Positions 1 through 11,061 of a DNA stretch of 64,000 nucleotides are shown here, piece by piece. Location of the stretch: assembly GCA_963808895.1 (NCBI GenBank), contig CAWEHL010000004.1, positions 697,715 through 761,714 on the forward strand. The letters run 5' to 3'. The stretch comes from an uncultured Chloroflexia bacterium. Lineage in GTDB: Bacteria > Chloroflexota > Limnocylindria > Limnocylindrales > CSP1-4. Position numbers and translations under genes: made by a program. The number at the start of each line of letters is the position of its first letter. Position 1 is the stretch's first letter. Below the pieces are notes generated by a model that saw only the letters and a program-made list of their open reading frames with translations, had not been told where the DNA came from and searched no databases.

Positions 1-1549
1 CCACGGCCGCTCCCCGTCCGGGCCGATGATGGAGCGCTCGTGGCCCTTCCCCGCCAGCAGGACGATGTCGCCGGGTCGGGCCGCGTCGAAAGCCGCCGCG
101 ATCGCCTCGCGGCGGTCCGGGATGAGCAGCAGGTCGTGCTCCCGCCGCCGGCCGGCAGCCTCGGCGCCGCGTGCGATGTCGTCGAGGATCGCGCCGCGGT
201 CCTCACCGCGCGGGTCCTCGTCGGTCACCACGACGAGGCGAGCACGCTCACCGGCGATGCGTCCCATCTGCGGGCGTTTGGCCGTGTCCCGCTCGCCGGC
301 CGACCCGAAGACCGCGATGACCCCGCCGCCGCGCGCCGCCGCGCTCGGGGCGAGGAGGTCGAGCACCGTGGTCAGCGATGCCGGGCTGTGCGCGAAGTCC
401 ACAACGACCCCGAAGGGCTGACCGAGGTCGATCCGTTCCATCCGTCCGGGCACGACGCCCGAGGTCCGCCAGCCCGGCCCGCACGCGCTCCGCGTCGAGC
501 CCAAGGGCCTCACCGAGGGCCACGACCGCGAGCGCGTTGTGGACGTTGAAGCGGCCGGCAAGGCGAAGGTCGATCGTCGCCTCGCCGCCGGACGTGACGA
601 TGTCGGCGTGGACGCCCGCCCCATCCTCGCTGACGCGGGTGGCGCGGATGTCGGCCGCCGGCTCCGTGCCGTAGGTCATGACGTGCGCCCCGGCGTCGCG
701 GGCGGTGCCGACGAACAGCCCCGCCGACGGGTCGTCGAGGTTGACGATCGCCGTGGCGGGCACTGCCCGTGGCTTCTGGATGCCGCGACCCTCGCGCAGG
801 CGGTCGAAGAGCGACAGCTTGGCGTCGCGATACGCCTCCCACGACCCGTGGAGCTCGAGATGCTCGTGGGTGATGTTCGTGAGGATCGCGACGTCGTAGA
901 CGACGCCGACCACGCGATCGAGCGCAAGCGCGTGGGAGGTCGTCTCGATGACCGCCGCCTGATCGCCGGCATCGACCATCGCCCGCAGCGCGGCCTGCAA
1001 CTCGGGCGCCTCGGGCGTCGTCGCGTGCTCGGCGTGATCGTCGGTCTGACCGCCGATCCGGGTCGCGATCGTCCCGATCATCCCGGTCCGGACACCCGCT
1101 GCCTCGAGTGCCGCGACGGCCAGGTACGAGGTCGTGGTCTTGCCGTCGGTGCCCGTGATGCCGATGACCGTCAGCTCGCGTGAGGGATCGCCGATACCAC
1201 CAGGCCGCCGCGGATCCGAGGGCCGGGCGAGACGCATCGACGACGATCTGCGGCGCGGCGACCCCGGGGATCGGCCGCTCGACGATGACCCCCGCCGCGC
1301 CGGCCTCGATCGCCGCCGGCACGAAGTCATGCCCGTCGCACGCGAGCCCGGGCATGGCCACGAACAGCATCCCGGGCCCGACGGCCCGCGAATCGTGGGT
1401 GACGCCGGTCACCTCGACCTGTCGCGAGCTCGGCCGTCGGCACAGGCCGGCCGCCGGCGCGTGTGCCATGCAGGTCGTCCCTCGGCGGAGAGCCGCTCCA
1501 CGAGCGCCCCGAGCGGCCGCCGCTCCGTCGAGTCGCCCGCCCCGCTCAC
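1..1549 (-). CDS. murE: UDP-N-acetylmuramyl-dipeptide:diamino acid ligase MurE (frameshifted, runs off the window start)
   Basis: Fragments across frames: VTHDSRAVGPGMLFVA, P-loop GITGTDGKTTT, ETTSHAL, TNITHEHLELHG, GRFNVHNALA, VVVDFAHSP, VVTDEDPRGED. Start approximate. Confidence 0.93.
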
Positions 1550-1553
1550 GCCG

Positions 1554-2705
1554 TCACCGTGCGACCAGCCGATCGAGGCGCGCCGCGACCCGCCCGAGCG
1601 ACGTAGCGCGACGGCCGCATCACCCGCTCGTGCGCGCCGGTCATCGCGACCCAGTGCGCCCCGAACGAGCGCTTGTGCTCGTAGAGGCCCGCCATCGGGT
1701 GACCCTCGCCGGGCTCGGCGTGGTCCGGCGCCGCTGTCCACGCCGCCCGAGGTCCATCTCGTCGCAGCCCTCACGGATGGCCAGCTGGATCGCCCGCCAG
1801 CGCAACAGGTGCATGACCCCGGGATGCGTCTCGCGCACGCCCGGCGGCGTCGGCCGAGTGGACCGTCGAGAGGCGCGTCCCGTGGCGATACAGGATCAGC
1901 CCGCCGAGCGAGCGCGAACGATCGCTGCCGTCCCGTGCATCCAGGTACACGAGCATGCCCGCCTCGAGCGCGGCCAGCCACCAGTCGATGAACACGTCGC
2001 GCGGCCCGAACCGGAACCCGCGCCGCTCGCCGGTCCCCTCGAGCAGCGTCGCGAAGCGCGTCGAACGCCTCACGCGGCGGCCTGCCTCGGGCCGCTCGAA
2101 GAGATCGGATGGCGACGCTCCCAGCCGCCGCGTGTCGTGGCGTTCGACGATGACGCCGTCGCGTTCGGCCCCGGCGATCCGCTGCCGCGTGCTCTTGGTG
2201 AACACGGCGCGCACGGCCTCGTCGTCCGTGTCCCTCGGCGAGCGAGACGCTGACCCGGTGGCGCGACGGCTGGATCTCGGCGATCGGGTGGAACCCGAGC
2301 CGTCGCAGACGCGAGCCGTACGCGGCATCGGACGCCGGGACCTCCGCATCGGTCGCGACGACGACGACACCCGCCTCGACCAGCCAGTTCGCCAGCGCGT
2401 TGACGCGCTCGGCGGCACGGTCGCCGCCGTCGCGCTGATCGCCCTGGTCGCGGGCGTCGACGACCGGCCCGCGCGGCACGTAGGCGCTCGCGCCGCCGAC
2501 GATCGGGAACGATCGCAGCAGGACGAGCGCCGGGTGCTCGTCGTCGAGCATGACGAACCGTGGCTGCCAGCCGAGTCCGCGCCCGTTGCGCGGCCCACAC
2601 GGTCGACTGGTAGACGTGGCCACCCGGCGAACGGACTGCGCGATGGTCCCAATCCGCGATCTCGTCGTCGCTCGCGTCGCGCGGATGGGCGCCGGCGGCC
2701 GTCAA
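1554..2705 (-). CDS. FemABX-family peptidoglycan interpeptide-bridge aminoacyl ligase, copy 2 (frameshifted)
   Basis: GGHVYQSTVWA, AYVPRGPV, IQPSRHRVSV, FTKSTRQRI, HLLRWRAIQLAIREGCDEMDLGG spread over several frames. Confidence 0.85.
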
Positions 2706-3773
2706 TCCGCCCCCTCGCTGGTGATACGCCGCTGGCGCTCGATCCGCCATCCAGGCCATGGCGCCGGCGCGCCCACCACGTCCGCGCGCTCGACCGCCGC
2801 GCCGTAGACCTGGCGTCCGAGCCGGTCGAGCACGAGGTCCCAGGCGCCGATGTAGCGGACCTCGCGGCCACCGAACCCGGTCTTGAAATGGGCGATGCCG
2901 CCGGTGGCGAGGCCCCACAGGTCGTAGGCCTCGGCACCGGCCTCTCGCGACGAGCGGATCGCCTCCCACTTGAGGAGGTAGTTGGCGCGGGTGTCGGCGC
3001 CGGCCTGGGTCATACCGCCGTACGGCTCCACGACACGCTGTGCCGGAGCGGACGAGGAACAGCGTTGCGAGCGGTTCGCCGTCGCTCGACTGGGCGAACA
3101 GGAGACGCGCACGCCCGGACGGCCGGAACGCCTCCCAGACGTCGCGGTATGCCGACTCGGCGCGGATCAGGAACCCGGCGCGATCGGCGGTCTCGCGATA
3201 GATCCGATAGAACTCGCCGAGGCGGTCACCCTCGGCATCGACGACCACCACGCCCGCCGAACTGCGCCTTGTTGACGTACTGGCGCCATTTCTTGCGCAG
3301 GTCGCCCCACAGCGCCTCCTCGTCCGGGCGCGAGGTCGATGACCCGGGTCGAGCTCGGCTGGATCGGCGGCGCCGGGCGCCAGCCTTCCGCGCTGAGCGC
3401 GCGTCGGGTGGCGCCGTCGGGGTCGTGCGGTCCGTCGAGCTCGACCTCGGGGTCGATGCGTAGGTGCGAGATGCGGCCGGCGACGCTGCGGCAGCTGGTC
3501 GCGAACGGCGTTCGTGAAGGCGCCCAGCTCATCGGCCGACCAGCCTCCGCCGAGCGGGCCACGCGGGGCGTAGGCGAAGCCCCACGGCAGCGGCCGCGGT
3601 CGGCGGACGAGGATCTGCGCCCCGACGCGTGTCCGGTGCGCCAGGATGCGGCGCGACGACCAGCCGTTGACGGCCTTGACCCGGGCCCAGCCGGTCAGTC
3701 TGGAGATAGGAGCCCGGATCGCTGGCTGTCGACGAGCGCGTCCCAGGCGTCCGGGTCGGTCGGCGGCCGTCAC
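2702..3773 (-). CDS. FemABX-family peptidoglycan interpeptide-bridge aminoacyl ligase, copy 1 (frameshifted)
   Basis: GSYLQ..GWARVK, AYAPRGPL, LRIDPEV, IQPSSTRVIDL, EPYGGM, ANYLLKWEAI, YDLWG, HFKTGFGG, YIGAWDL. Confidence 0.9.
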
Positions 3774-5359
3774 GCCGCGCGGGGTCGGCGGAGCGCGTCG
3801 ACCATGATCGCGACGATAGAGCGCAGTTCCTCGATCCGCAAGGCGAGCGCGGATGTCGACGAAGATCGCCCCGAAGCACGACGGAGACCACGACGATGAC
3901 CGTGACGAGTCGCACCGTCCCGCCAGGGCCCGGTGATGCCGGATCGGGCAGGAGCGCCGGCTCGAGCAGCAGGCGGGTCACGACGCCGACGAGCGTCGCG
4001 AGGGCCGTCGCGACAAGCGTGCGGGCGGCGACGGACGCGACACTCGTGCCAGCCCGAGCCTCCCCTCGCGCCGGCGCAGGAGGACGATCAAGGCGACCGC
4101 CTCGACCCAGGCGGCGACGGCGATCGCGAAGCGCCATCCCGGGCAGCCCGAACGGGTCCGACGAGGATGACCGCAAGCGTCGTGTTCACGACGACCGCGC
4201 CGACCGCGGCGAGGACCGGCGTGATCGTGTCCTGTCGCGCGTAGAAGGCGCGAGCCAGCACCGCGATCAGCGCGTGGGCCGGAGCGCCGAGCAGGAACGC
4301 GAGGAACGTGTTCGCGGTGACCCGGATCGCATCGGGCTGGAAGTCGCCGAAGAGGAGCGCGACGGTCTCGACACGCAGGATCCCGGCGAGCGCGGCGACC
4401 GGGATCATCGCCACCGCGAGCAGCCGCATCGCCCGGTTCAGCAGGCCGATGAACGCATCACGGTCGCCGATGGCGGCCCCGCGCGAGAGCGACGGGAACA
4501 GGACGACCCCGAGCGGGACGCCGATGACACCGATCGGGATCTGCAAGAGCGTGAACGCGATCGTGAACGAGGTGACCGCCCCGAGCCCGAGCGTCGTCGC
4601 CAGCGCCGTCGTGACGACGAACGTGATCTGGCTGGCGCCGAGGCCGACCGCCCGCGGGACCATGAGACCGAGCGCTCGCCGTGCCGCGGCGTCCGAGAAG
4701 TCGATCCGCGGGGTGTAGCGAAAGCCGAGTGCCTGCAGCGGACGGATCTGGACGAGGACGTGCCCAAGGGACCCAGCCACGACGCCGACGGCCAGCCCGA
4801 CGGCACCGAGCGTCGGGGTGAGCAGGAGCGCGGCGCCGATGATCGCGAGGTTGTAGACGATCGGGGCGATCGCCGCCGCCGCGAATCGACCCTCGCTGTT
4901 GAGCACGCTCGTCGCGATCGCCCCGAGGGCCAGCAGGATCGGGCTCAGGACCATGATCCGCGTCAGCTCGATCGTGCGGGCCATCGTCACCGGGTCGAAG
5001 CCGGACGTGTAGAGCGGGACGAGCTGGTCGGCGAACACGAACACGAACGCGGCGAGGATCAGCAGCAGCCCGAGCATCAGGTTGGTCACGGTCGACACGA
5101 CCCGCCAGGCCCGCTCGTGACCATCGCTGGCGATGAGGCTGGCGACGACCGGGATGAGCGCCGACGACACCGCACCGGCCGCGACGAGCTGGAACAGGAG
5201 ATCCGGGATCCGGAACGCGGCGAAGAAGGCGTCGAGCTCACGGGGATCGGGGACGGCGTTGACGACGACGACGAGCCGCAGCCAGCCAAGTACGCGCGAG
5301 ATGAGGAAGGCGCCCGAGACGATCAGCCCGGCGCGCGCGAGGGCCGATGCGGCCGTCAC
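3770..5359 (-). CDS. murJ: Lipid II flippase MurJ (MviN); frameshift near 4.1 kb
   Basis: SRVLGWLR, DAFFAAFRIPDLLF, LLQIPIGVIG, ARAFYARQDTITP; many hydrophobic segments. Confidence 0.93.
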
Positions 5360-5390
5360 GTAACGGCCGTCACGTAGCGCCCGTCACGTC
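5351..5390. repeat. Three imperfect 14-bp tandem units between xerC and murJ, each with a GTGA stop/start overlap on the minus strand
   Basis: Plus strand reads GGCCGTCACGTAAC GGCCGTCACGTAGC GCCCGTCACGTC. Confidence 0.85.
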
Positions 5391-6397
5391 GTCGTCGCCC
5401 GCCGGGCCCGAGGATGGGCGTCGCGATAGGCGGCTGCGAGGCGCCCCGGCGAGACGTGCGTATAGATCTGGGTCGTCGCCAGGTTCTCGTGACCGAGCAG
5501 CTCCTGGACGACACGCAGGTCGGCGCCACCGTCGAGGAGATGTGTCGCGAACGAGTGCCGCAGCGTATGCGGCGAGACGCCCTCGGGCAGACCGGCGGCG
5601 CGGCACAGCCGATCGAGCCGGTAGCGCAGGCCGCGCACGCCCAGCGGCCCACCAGCATGGTTCAGGAAGACGGCGGTCGGCAACGGCCCAGCCGGGGGCC
5701 GCCGGTCGACGAGCAGCGGCCGTCCGAGATCGAGGTACGCCTCGAGCGCTGCGATGGCCGGTCGGCCCAGCAGTCCGATCCGCTCCTTCCTGCCCTTGCC
5801 GATCACCCGGATCTCGCCTCGCCGGAGGTCGAGCGACCCGAGATCGGCGGCGGCGAGCTCGCTGATGCGCAAGCCCGCCGCGTAGGCCACCTCGACGATC
5901 GCCCGATCCCGCAGCGCGAGGGCGGTCGCCAGTACGGTCCCGTCGGGTGCTGCCGCGTCGGCAGCCTCGAGCTCGTGGTCGATCACGGCCAGCAGGCGAT
6001 CGACCTCGTCGACCTCGAGGACGCGCGGAAGGCGGCGCGGCAGGCGCGGCGTCGCGATCGCGCCCCACGGGTCGCCCGTCGTCAGACCCTCGCGCGCCGC
6101 CCAGCGATGGAACGAGCGGATCGCGGCGAGCCGCTGGGCGACCGTCGAACGCGACGCGCCCGAGCCCAACCGGGCGAGGTAGCCACGCAGCTGATGACGG
6201 GCAGGACGTGTCCAGTCGATGCCCTGGTCGGCCAGCCAGTCGAGATAGGCGCCCACCGCCGTGCGATAGGCCCGGATCGTGTGGGGCGAGGCGTCCCGCG
6301 CCGCGAGAGCACGGAGATATCGCTCGAGAACTGGATCGGTCCTGGGATCGCTCGGGACACTGGCGTGTCCGTCGCGCGGGGCTGAGCGCCCGGTCAC
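5384..6397 (-). CDS. xerC: Tyrosine recombinase XerC/XerD
   Basis: SPHTIRAY, AGLRISEL, GKGRKER, HTLRHSFATHLLDGGADLRVVQELLGHENLATTQIY; GTG start overlaps the topA stop; topA-xerC synteny. Confidence 0.9.
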   Translation of the reverse strand: MTGRSAPRDGHASVPSDPRTDPVLERYLRALAARDASPHTIRAYRTAVGAYLDWLADQGIDWTRPARHQLRGYLARLGSGASRSTVAQRLAAIRSFHRWAAREGLTTGDPWGAIATPRLPRRLPRVLEVDEVDRLLAVIDHELEAADAAAPDGTVLATALALRDRAIVEVAYAAGLRISELAAADLGSLDLRRGEIRVIGKGRKERIGLLGRPAIAALEAYLDLGRPLLVDRRPPAGPLPTAVFLNHAGGPLGVRGLRYRLDRLCRAAGLPEGVSPHTLRHSFATHLLDGGADLRVVQELLGHENLATTQIYTHVSPGRLAAAYRDAHPRARRATTT

Positions 6398-8814
6398 GCC
6401 TCCGCGGCCGGCTCGGTCGATCGCCTGGTCCCATTCGAGCGGCGCGCGCCGCGACGCGCCGTCCCGCGACCCGCGCCACCCGGCCCGCCACCGGTGCGAC
6501 GGGCCGGCCGCGCGAGCGCCTCGGGGTCGGGAGGCCCACCCGGATAGCTCTCGCCGGGCACGACGTTCTCGGGCGTGCTCTCGCTGGTGGAGCCGCACTT
6601 CAGGCAGATCGCCGCCTCGCCCTTGCGAGCGAGCGGACCCTGGTCCGCATCGTGCAGACCGCCGAGAGGCTCGTAGTTCGTCGTGAAATCGCACTTCGGA
6701 TAGTTCGAGCACCCCCAGAAGACGTTCCCCGTACGCCGGGCGCGACGCGGGACGAGGTGACCGTCATTGTTCTTGGGGCACGTGACCTCGAACGGCAGCG
6801 GCTCGGGTGGCGGTGGGCCTTCACGCTTGATGTAGTCGCAGTCGGGGTAGCGGGAGCAGCCGACGAACGGGCCGAACTTGCCGCGCCTGCCGACGAGCGT
6901 CCCCTCGCCGCACTTCGGACAGACCTCGCCCGTGCCCTCCTGGGGCGGCGGCTCGTCGCCGGGGAGTGGCCGGGTCTCCTTGTGCTCGGGATACATCGAA
7001 CACGCCAGGAACCGTCCGTTCCGTCCCAGGCGGATGACCATCGGGTGTCCCTCGGAGCACACCTCATCGGTCGGCTCGGTCGTGAAGTCGCTTCGGCGCA
7101 GCTCACGACGCTTCTCCGCGACGCGGTCGCGCAGCGGCGCATAGAAGGCCTCGAGCAACGGCACCCACGCCCGCTCGCCGCGGGCGATCTCGTCGAGCTC
7201 CTCCTCCATGCGGGCGGTGAACTCGAGGTCGACGTAGTCCCCGAAATGCTCGACGAGGAGGTCGGTGACGATCCCGGCGACGAGCTCCGGATGGAGTCGC
7301 CGTTCCTCGACGCGGACATATCCGCGGTCGATGATCGTGGAGATGGTCGCGGCATACGTCGAGGGGCGGCCGATGCCGTGCTCCTCGAGCGCCTTGATGA
7401 GGGTCGCCTCCGTGAAGCGCGGGGGCGGCTCGGTGAAGTGTTGCGTGGGCGTGATGTCGCGGACGTCGGTCCGGTCGCCCTCGGCGAGCTGCGGCAGCCG
7501 GCGGGCGTTCTCTTCCTCTTCCGCGTCGTCGTCGCGCCCCTCGGTGTACACCCGGGCAAAGCCCTCGAACAACGTGCGCGTCGAGCTCGCCCGCAGTTCG
7601 TAAGGACCGTCGACGAGGTCGACCGTCGTCGTCTCGAGCTCCTTGGGTGCCATCTGCGACGCCAGCGCGCGCTGCCAGATGAGGCGGTACAGCCGAAGCT
7701 CCTCGGGCTTGAGACTTCCCTCGAGGGAGTCGGGGTCGCGTCGGAAGCTGGTCGGTCGGATCGACTCGTGCGCCTCCTGGGCGCCCTTCGACGTCGTCTT
7801 GTAGACGCGGCCCTTGGGCATCGTGAACTCGTCGCCGTAGCGCCCGGCGATGACGTCGCGCGCTTCGCCCATCGCGACACCAGCCATCGACGTCGAGTCG
7901 GTCCGCATGTAGGTGATCAGGCCGACGTGCCCCTCAGGCGTTTCGACGCCCTCGTAGAGCCGCTGCGCGATCGACATCGTCCGCTTCGGGCTGAACGACA
8001 GCTTGCGGCTCGCTTCCTGCTGCAGGGTCGAGGTCGTGAACGGCGGAGACGGCGACCGCTTCTGGGTTCGGACGCCGACCTTGCGCACGACTGGGTGTGC
8101 ATCGCGCAACGCGGTGACATGACGGTCGGTGGTGTCCGCGTCGGGAAGATCGAGCGCCTCGCCGTCGATGCGGATCAGCTCGGCCGCGAAGGTCTCGCCG
8201 GCGGCGTTGGCCAGGATCGCCTCGATCGTCCAGTACTCGCGTGCCGTGAACGCCTCGATCTCGCGCTCACGCTCGACGACGAGGCGCACGGCCACCGACT
8301 GGACGCGGCCCGCGGACAGTCCGCCACGGACCTTGCGCGACAGGAGCGGGCTCAGCGTGTATCCGACGAGCCGGTCGACGATCCGCCGGGTCTGCTGTGC
8401 GTCGACGAGGTTCTTGTCGATGTCACGCGGGTTCGCGAACGCTTCGCGGATCGCGGGCTCGGTGATCTCGCTGAACGTGACCCGTCGGGTCTTGGCCTCC
8501 GGGACGTGGGCGGCCTCGGCGACGTGCCAGGCGATCGCCTCACCCTCACGATCGAGGTCGGTCGCGAGATAGACGAGGTCGGAGCCCTTGGCGGCCTTGG
8601 CGATGTCGTTGACCTGCTTGCGCCGGTCTTCGTTGATGACGTATTCGGGGAGGAACCCATGGTCGACGTCCACCCCGAACTTGCCCTTGCCGGGATTCTC
8701 GGGGAGGTCGCGGACATGGCCGTATGAGGCCAGGACGCGATAGTCGTCGCCCAGGTATCGCTCGATCGTCCGCGCCTTTGCCGGCGACTCGACGATCACG
8801 AGGTTCTTGGACAC
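6394..8814 (-). CDS. topA: DNA topoisomerase I
   Basis: LVIVESPAKA, ATDLDREGE, SAGRVQS, ITYMRTDS, GIGRPSTYA and C-terminal Zn ribbons; GTG start 7 nt after TAATAT. Confidence 0.97.
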   Translation of the reverse strand: MSKNLVIVESPAKARTIERYLGDDYRVLASYGHVRDLPENPGKGKFGVDVDHGFLPEYVINEDRRKQVNDIAKAAKGSDLVYLATDLDREGEAIAWHVAEAAHVPEAKTRRVTFSEITEPAIREAFANPRDIDKNLVDAQQTRRIVDRLVGYTLSPLLSRKVRGGLSAGRVQSVAVRLVVEREREIEAFTAREYWTIEAILANAAGETFAAELIRIDGEALDLPDADTTDRHVTALRDAHPVVRKVGVRTQKRSPSPPFTTSTLQQEASRKLSFSPKRTMSIAQRLYEGVETPEGHVGLITYMRTDSTSMAGVAMGEARDVIAGRYGDEFTMPKGRVYKTTSKGAQEAHESIRPTSFRRDPDSLEGSLKPEELRLYRLIWQRALASQMAPKELETTTVDLVDGPYELRASSTRTLFEGFARVYTEGRDDDAEEEENARRLPQLAEGDRTDVRDITPTQHFTEPPPRFTEATLIKALEEHGIGRPSTYAATISTIIDRGYVRVEERRLHPELVAGIVTDLLVEHFGDYVDLEFTARMEEELDEIARGERAWVPLLEAFYAPLRDRVAEKRRELRRSDFTTEPTDEVCSEGHPMVIRLGRNGRFLACSMYPEHKETRPLPGDEPPPQEGTGEVCPKCGEGTLVGRRGKFGPFVGCSRYPDCDYIKREGPPPPEPLPFEVTCPKNNDGHLVPRRARRTGNVFWGCSNYPKCDFTTNYEPLGGLHDADQGPLARKGEAAICLKCGSTSESTPENVVPGESYPGGPPDPEALARPARRTGGGPGGAGRGTARRGARRSNGTRRSTEPAAEA

Positions 8815-8919
8815 GGCCGGGATATTAGCACCGGCCCCTTGGCGCACCCTTAACGGCCGAGGGGCAGCGGGTCCGATCCGGCTCAGCGCCGATGCCCGGG
8901 CGAGCGCTGACGCCCTCGG

Positions 8920-9285
8920 TCAGACCTCGCGGATGCGCCGCAGGAAGTCCTCGTCGATCTCGAGCTCGTCGTCCTCGGCGGGGGTGTCGGCAGGCAGTGC
9001 CGCGTGGACACCGGCCCCGACCGGGATCGGCATCGTCGCCGGGGCCTCGACGTCGCCGCCCAGCTCGGCGGCCGCCATCGCGGCGTGCGGGATCTCGATG
9101 AACGACACGCGGTGATACGGGAAGAGGAACACCGACTTGGAGTCGTCGACGAAGACCGGCCGCTTGCCGTCGAGGGTGCGCAGGTTCGTCAGGCGCACCA
9201 CGAGATCGGTCGGGTTCGGTAGTTCGAAGAGGTCGGCGATGAGCGGCTGCTCGTTGCTGATGTGCAGCACGGCGTTGCGGAGCAT
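8920..9285 (-). CDS. Hypothetical 121-aa protein with a beta-rich N-terminal domain and acidic tail
   Basis: Clean ORF with protein-like composition; CATGAT -10-like hexamer 6 nt before the ATG. Confidence 0.75.
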   Translation of the reverse strand: MLRNAVLHISNEQPLIADLFELPNPTDLVVRLTNLRTLDGKRPVFVDDSKSVFLFPYHRVSFIEIPHAAMAAAELGGDVEAPATMPIPVGAGVHAALPADTPAEDDELEIDEDFLRRIREV

Positions 9286-9337
9286 GGCCGCATCATGGCG
9301 ACGCTCGGCGTCAGCGAGAGGTGGCCCGAAGGTCCCC

Positions 9338-10978
9338 CTACGGGTGGTAGAAGTCGATGACGAGGCGGACGCGCCCGTGCGACACCCATACGCCGATGCC
9401 GACTCGGTCGTACATCGAGTTCATCAGGTTCACGTAGTGGCCGCCGCCGTAGGGGCGTTCGCTCTGGAAGAAGAGATGACTCCCGAGCACGGCGCTGTAG
9501 GGATTGCCCGAGCGGCAGCCGAGGTTCTCGCCCCAGCGGTAGCTGTGGTATCCGGCTCGGCGCAGACGGTCGCCGGGGTTGCCGCCGCTGAAGTGGGTGC
9601 ACATGTTGTTGACGGCGAGCTTCTTGGCGTACGGCCGTGACACCTTCGAGCTGATCCCGGCGTCGAGCCGGAGCGGGGCGACGTTGCGCCCACCCGGGCT
9701 GCTGCAATCGCCGCCGGACGTCACCCAGCCACCGGTCCGGGTGCAGTTCATCAACTTCAGGTAGTAGCGCTCGACCGCGCCCCAGCTGCCGCTGCCGACG
9801 GTCCCGCCGCCGGTCCGCGGGATGTGGTTCGTCGTCGCCCGTGCGGCGGTCGTCGCAGGCTTCTTCGCCGCAGCGGGCTTGGGTACGACCGTGAACGTGC
9901 CCTTGGCGACGGCTCCGAGGGGGATGTCACTCCTGCTCGTGGCGGTGGCGGCGACCGTCGCTACCACGGATGCCCCGTACGGAAGGTTCGACGACGGGTC
10001 GAACAGCAGCACGTGGTCGTCCTCGACGAACTGGAGCGTTCCGGGGACCCGCTTGCCGTCGGCGGTCACCGTGAACGCCGCCTTCGTCGAGGCGTGGTCC
10101 ATCTTGTCGGTGAACCGGACCGAGATCATCGAGTCTCGGAGGATGTCGCTCGACCCGTCACGCGGCCTGAAGCGCACGACGCCCGGAGCTGCCACGGTTC
10201 GCATCGCCATCGTCAGGGGTGCCAGGGCGATGCCCGAGGCATCCTTCACGCCATCGACGACGAGGCGGTACTTCGTATCCGGCGCGAGCGGCTGGCTCGG
10301 GATGAACGTGTAGGTCGACGCACCGCCGGCGGCGGTCGTGCGTGTCAGCGCACCTGGGACGGGCGGATCGATCCGGATCGCCGGCCCGACCGAGGCGAGG
10401 TCGACCGGCTGGTCGAACGCGATCGTGAACGACGAATCGACGGTCGCTCGCTTGTCCAGCATGCCCGTCGCGGCGAGCAGCCCGGTCGCCGTGTCACGGG
10501 TGAGGAAGGCGGCGCGAGCGGGCTTGGTCATCGGCCGTCCGCTCGCGGCAAGCGCGCCGGCGCCGACCGTGACCGTGTAGTAGGTCGATGGCTGCCAGGC
10601 GCCCGTCGGGACGATCGAGACGCGCGTGTCGTCCTCGCTCCACTCGAGCTGGAACGGGACCGCCGGCTGGATCGAGACGCTCGACCCGACCGAATCGCGC
10701 TGCATCGGGGCGCTGAACAGGATGCTGGTGGGCGACCGAAGGTCGATGTTCGTCGCGACGGCCATCCTGAACGCGGCCTGCGTCAAGGGGACGATGTCGC
10801 TCGTCGGCGACGCGTTCGTGACAGCCGGACGAGCGGACGCGATGGCACCGAGCGCCACGATCCCACCGAGGGCGATCGCGACCCCGCCGCGGATGAACCT
10901 GGATCTGCCAAGGACCGTCGACGCGTACACGCCGAGCAGCACAGGCAGTGCCAGGATCGCGATGAGGAGCTTCCGCAA
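9338..10978 (-). CDS. Membrane-anchored protein with about three bacterial Ig-like (Big_5/SbsA-like) repeats and a C-terminal CAP/SCP domain
   Basis: Two N-terminal hydrophobic segments; repeats of the type ISVRFTDKMD...P...L...TYTVTV; CAP motifs WGENLG and GHYVNLMNSMYDRVGIGV. Start TTG at 10978 or 11026. Confidence 0.8.
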   Translation of the reverse strand: MRKLLIAILALPVLLGVYASTVLGRSRFIRGGVAIALGGIVALGAIASARPAVTNASPTSDIVPLTQAAFRMAVATNIDLRSPTSILFSAPMQRDSVGSSVSIQPAVPFQLEWSEDDTRVSIVPTGAWQPSTYYTVTVGAGALAASGRPMTKPARAAFLTRDTATGLLAATGMLDKRATVDSSFTIAFDQPVDLASVGPAIRIDPPVPGALTRTTAAGGASTYTFIPSQPLAPDTKYRLVVDGVKDASGIALAPLTMAMRTVAAPGVVRFRPRDGSSDILRDSMISVRFTDKMDHASTKAAFTVTADGKRVPGTLQFVEDDHVLLFDPSSNLPYGASVVATVAATATSRSDIPLGAVAKGTFTVVPKPAAAKKPATTAARATTNHIPRTGGGTVGSGSWGAVERYYLKLMNCTRTGGWVTSGGDCSSPGGRNVAPLRLDAGISSKVSRPYAKKLAVNNMCTHFSGGNPGDRLRRAGYHSYRWGENLGCRSGNPYSAVLGSHLFFQSERPYGGGHYVNLMNSMYDRVGIGVWVSHGRVRLVIDFYHP

Positions 10979-11061
10979 TACAGGACCTGGCTGCGTCGGA
11001 GGGGGCGGACGGGATGGGGGCTCCACGTTTCGCCCGCATCACGCTGGGGCGGATGCGCCCG

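Noticed and set aside
5384-6397. Tyrosine recombinase as a prophage or island integrase
   Set aside because: XerC/D-type motifs, topA-xerC synteny, and no att sites or mobile genes.
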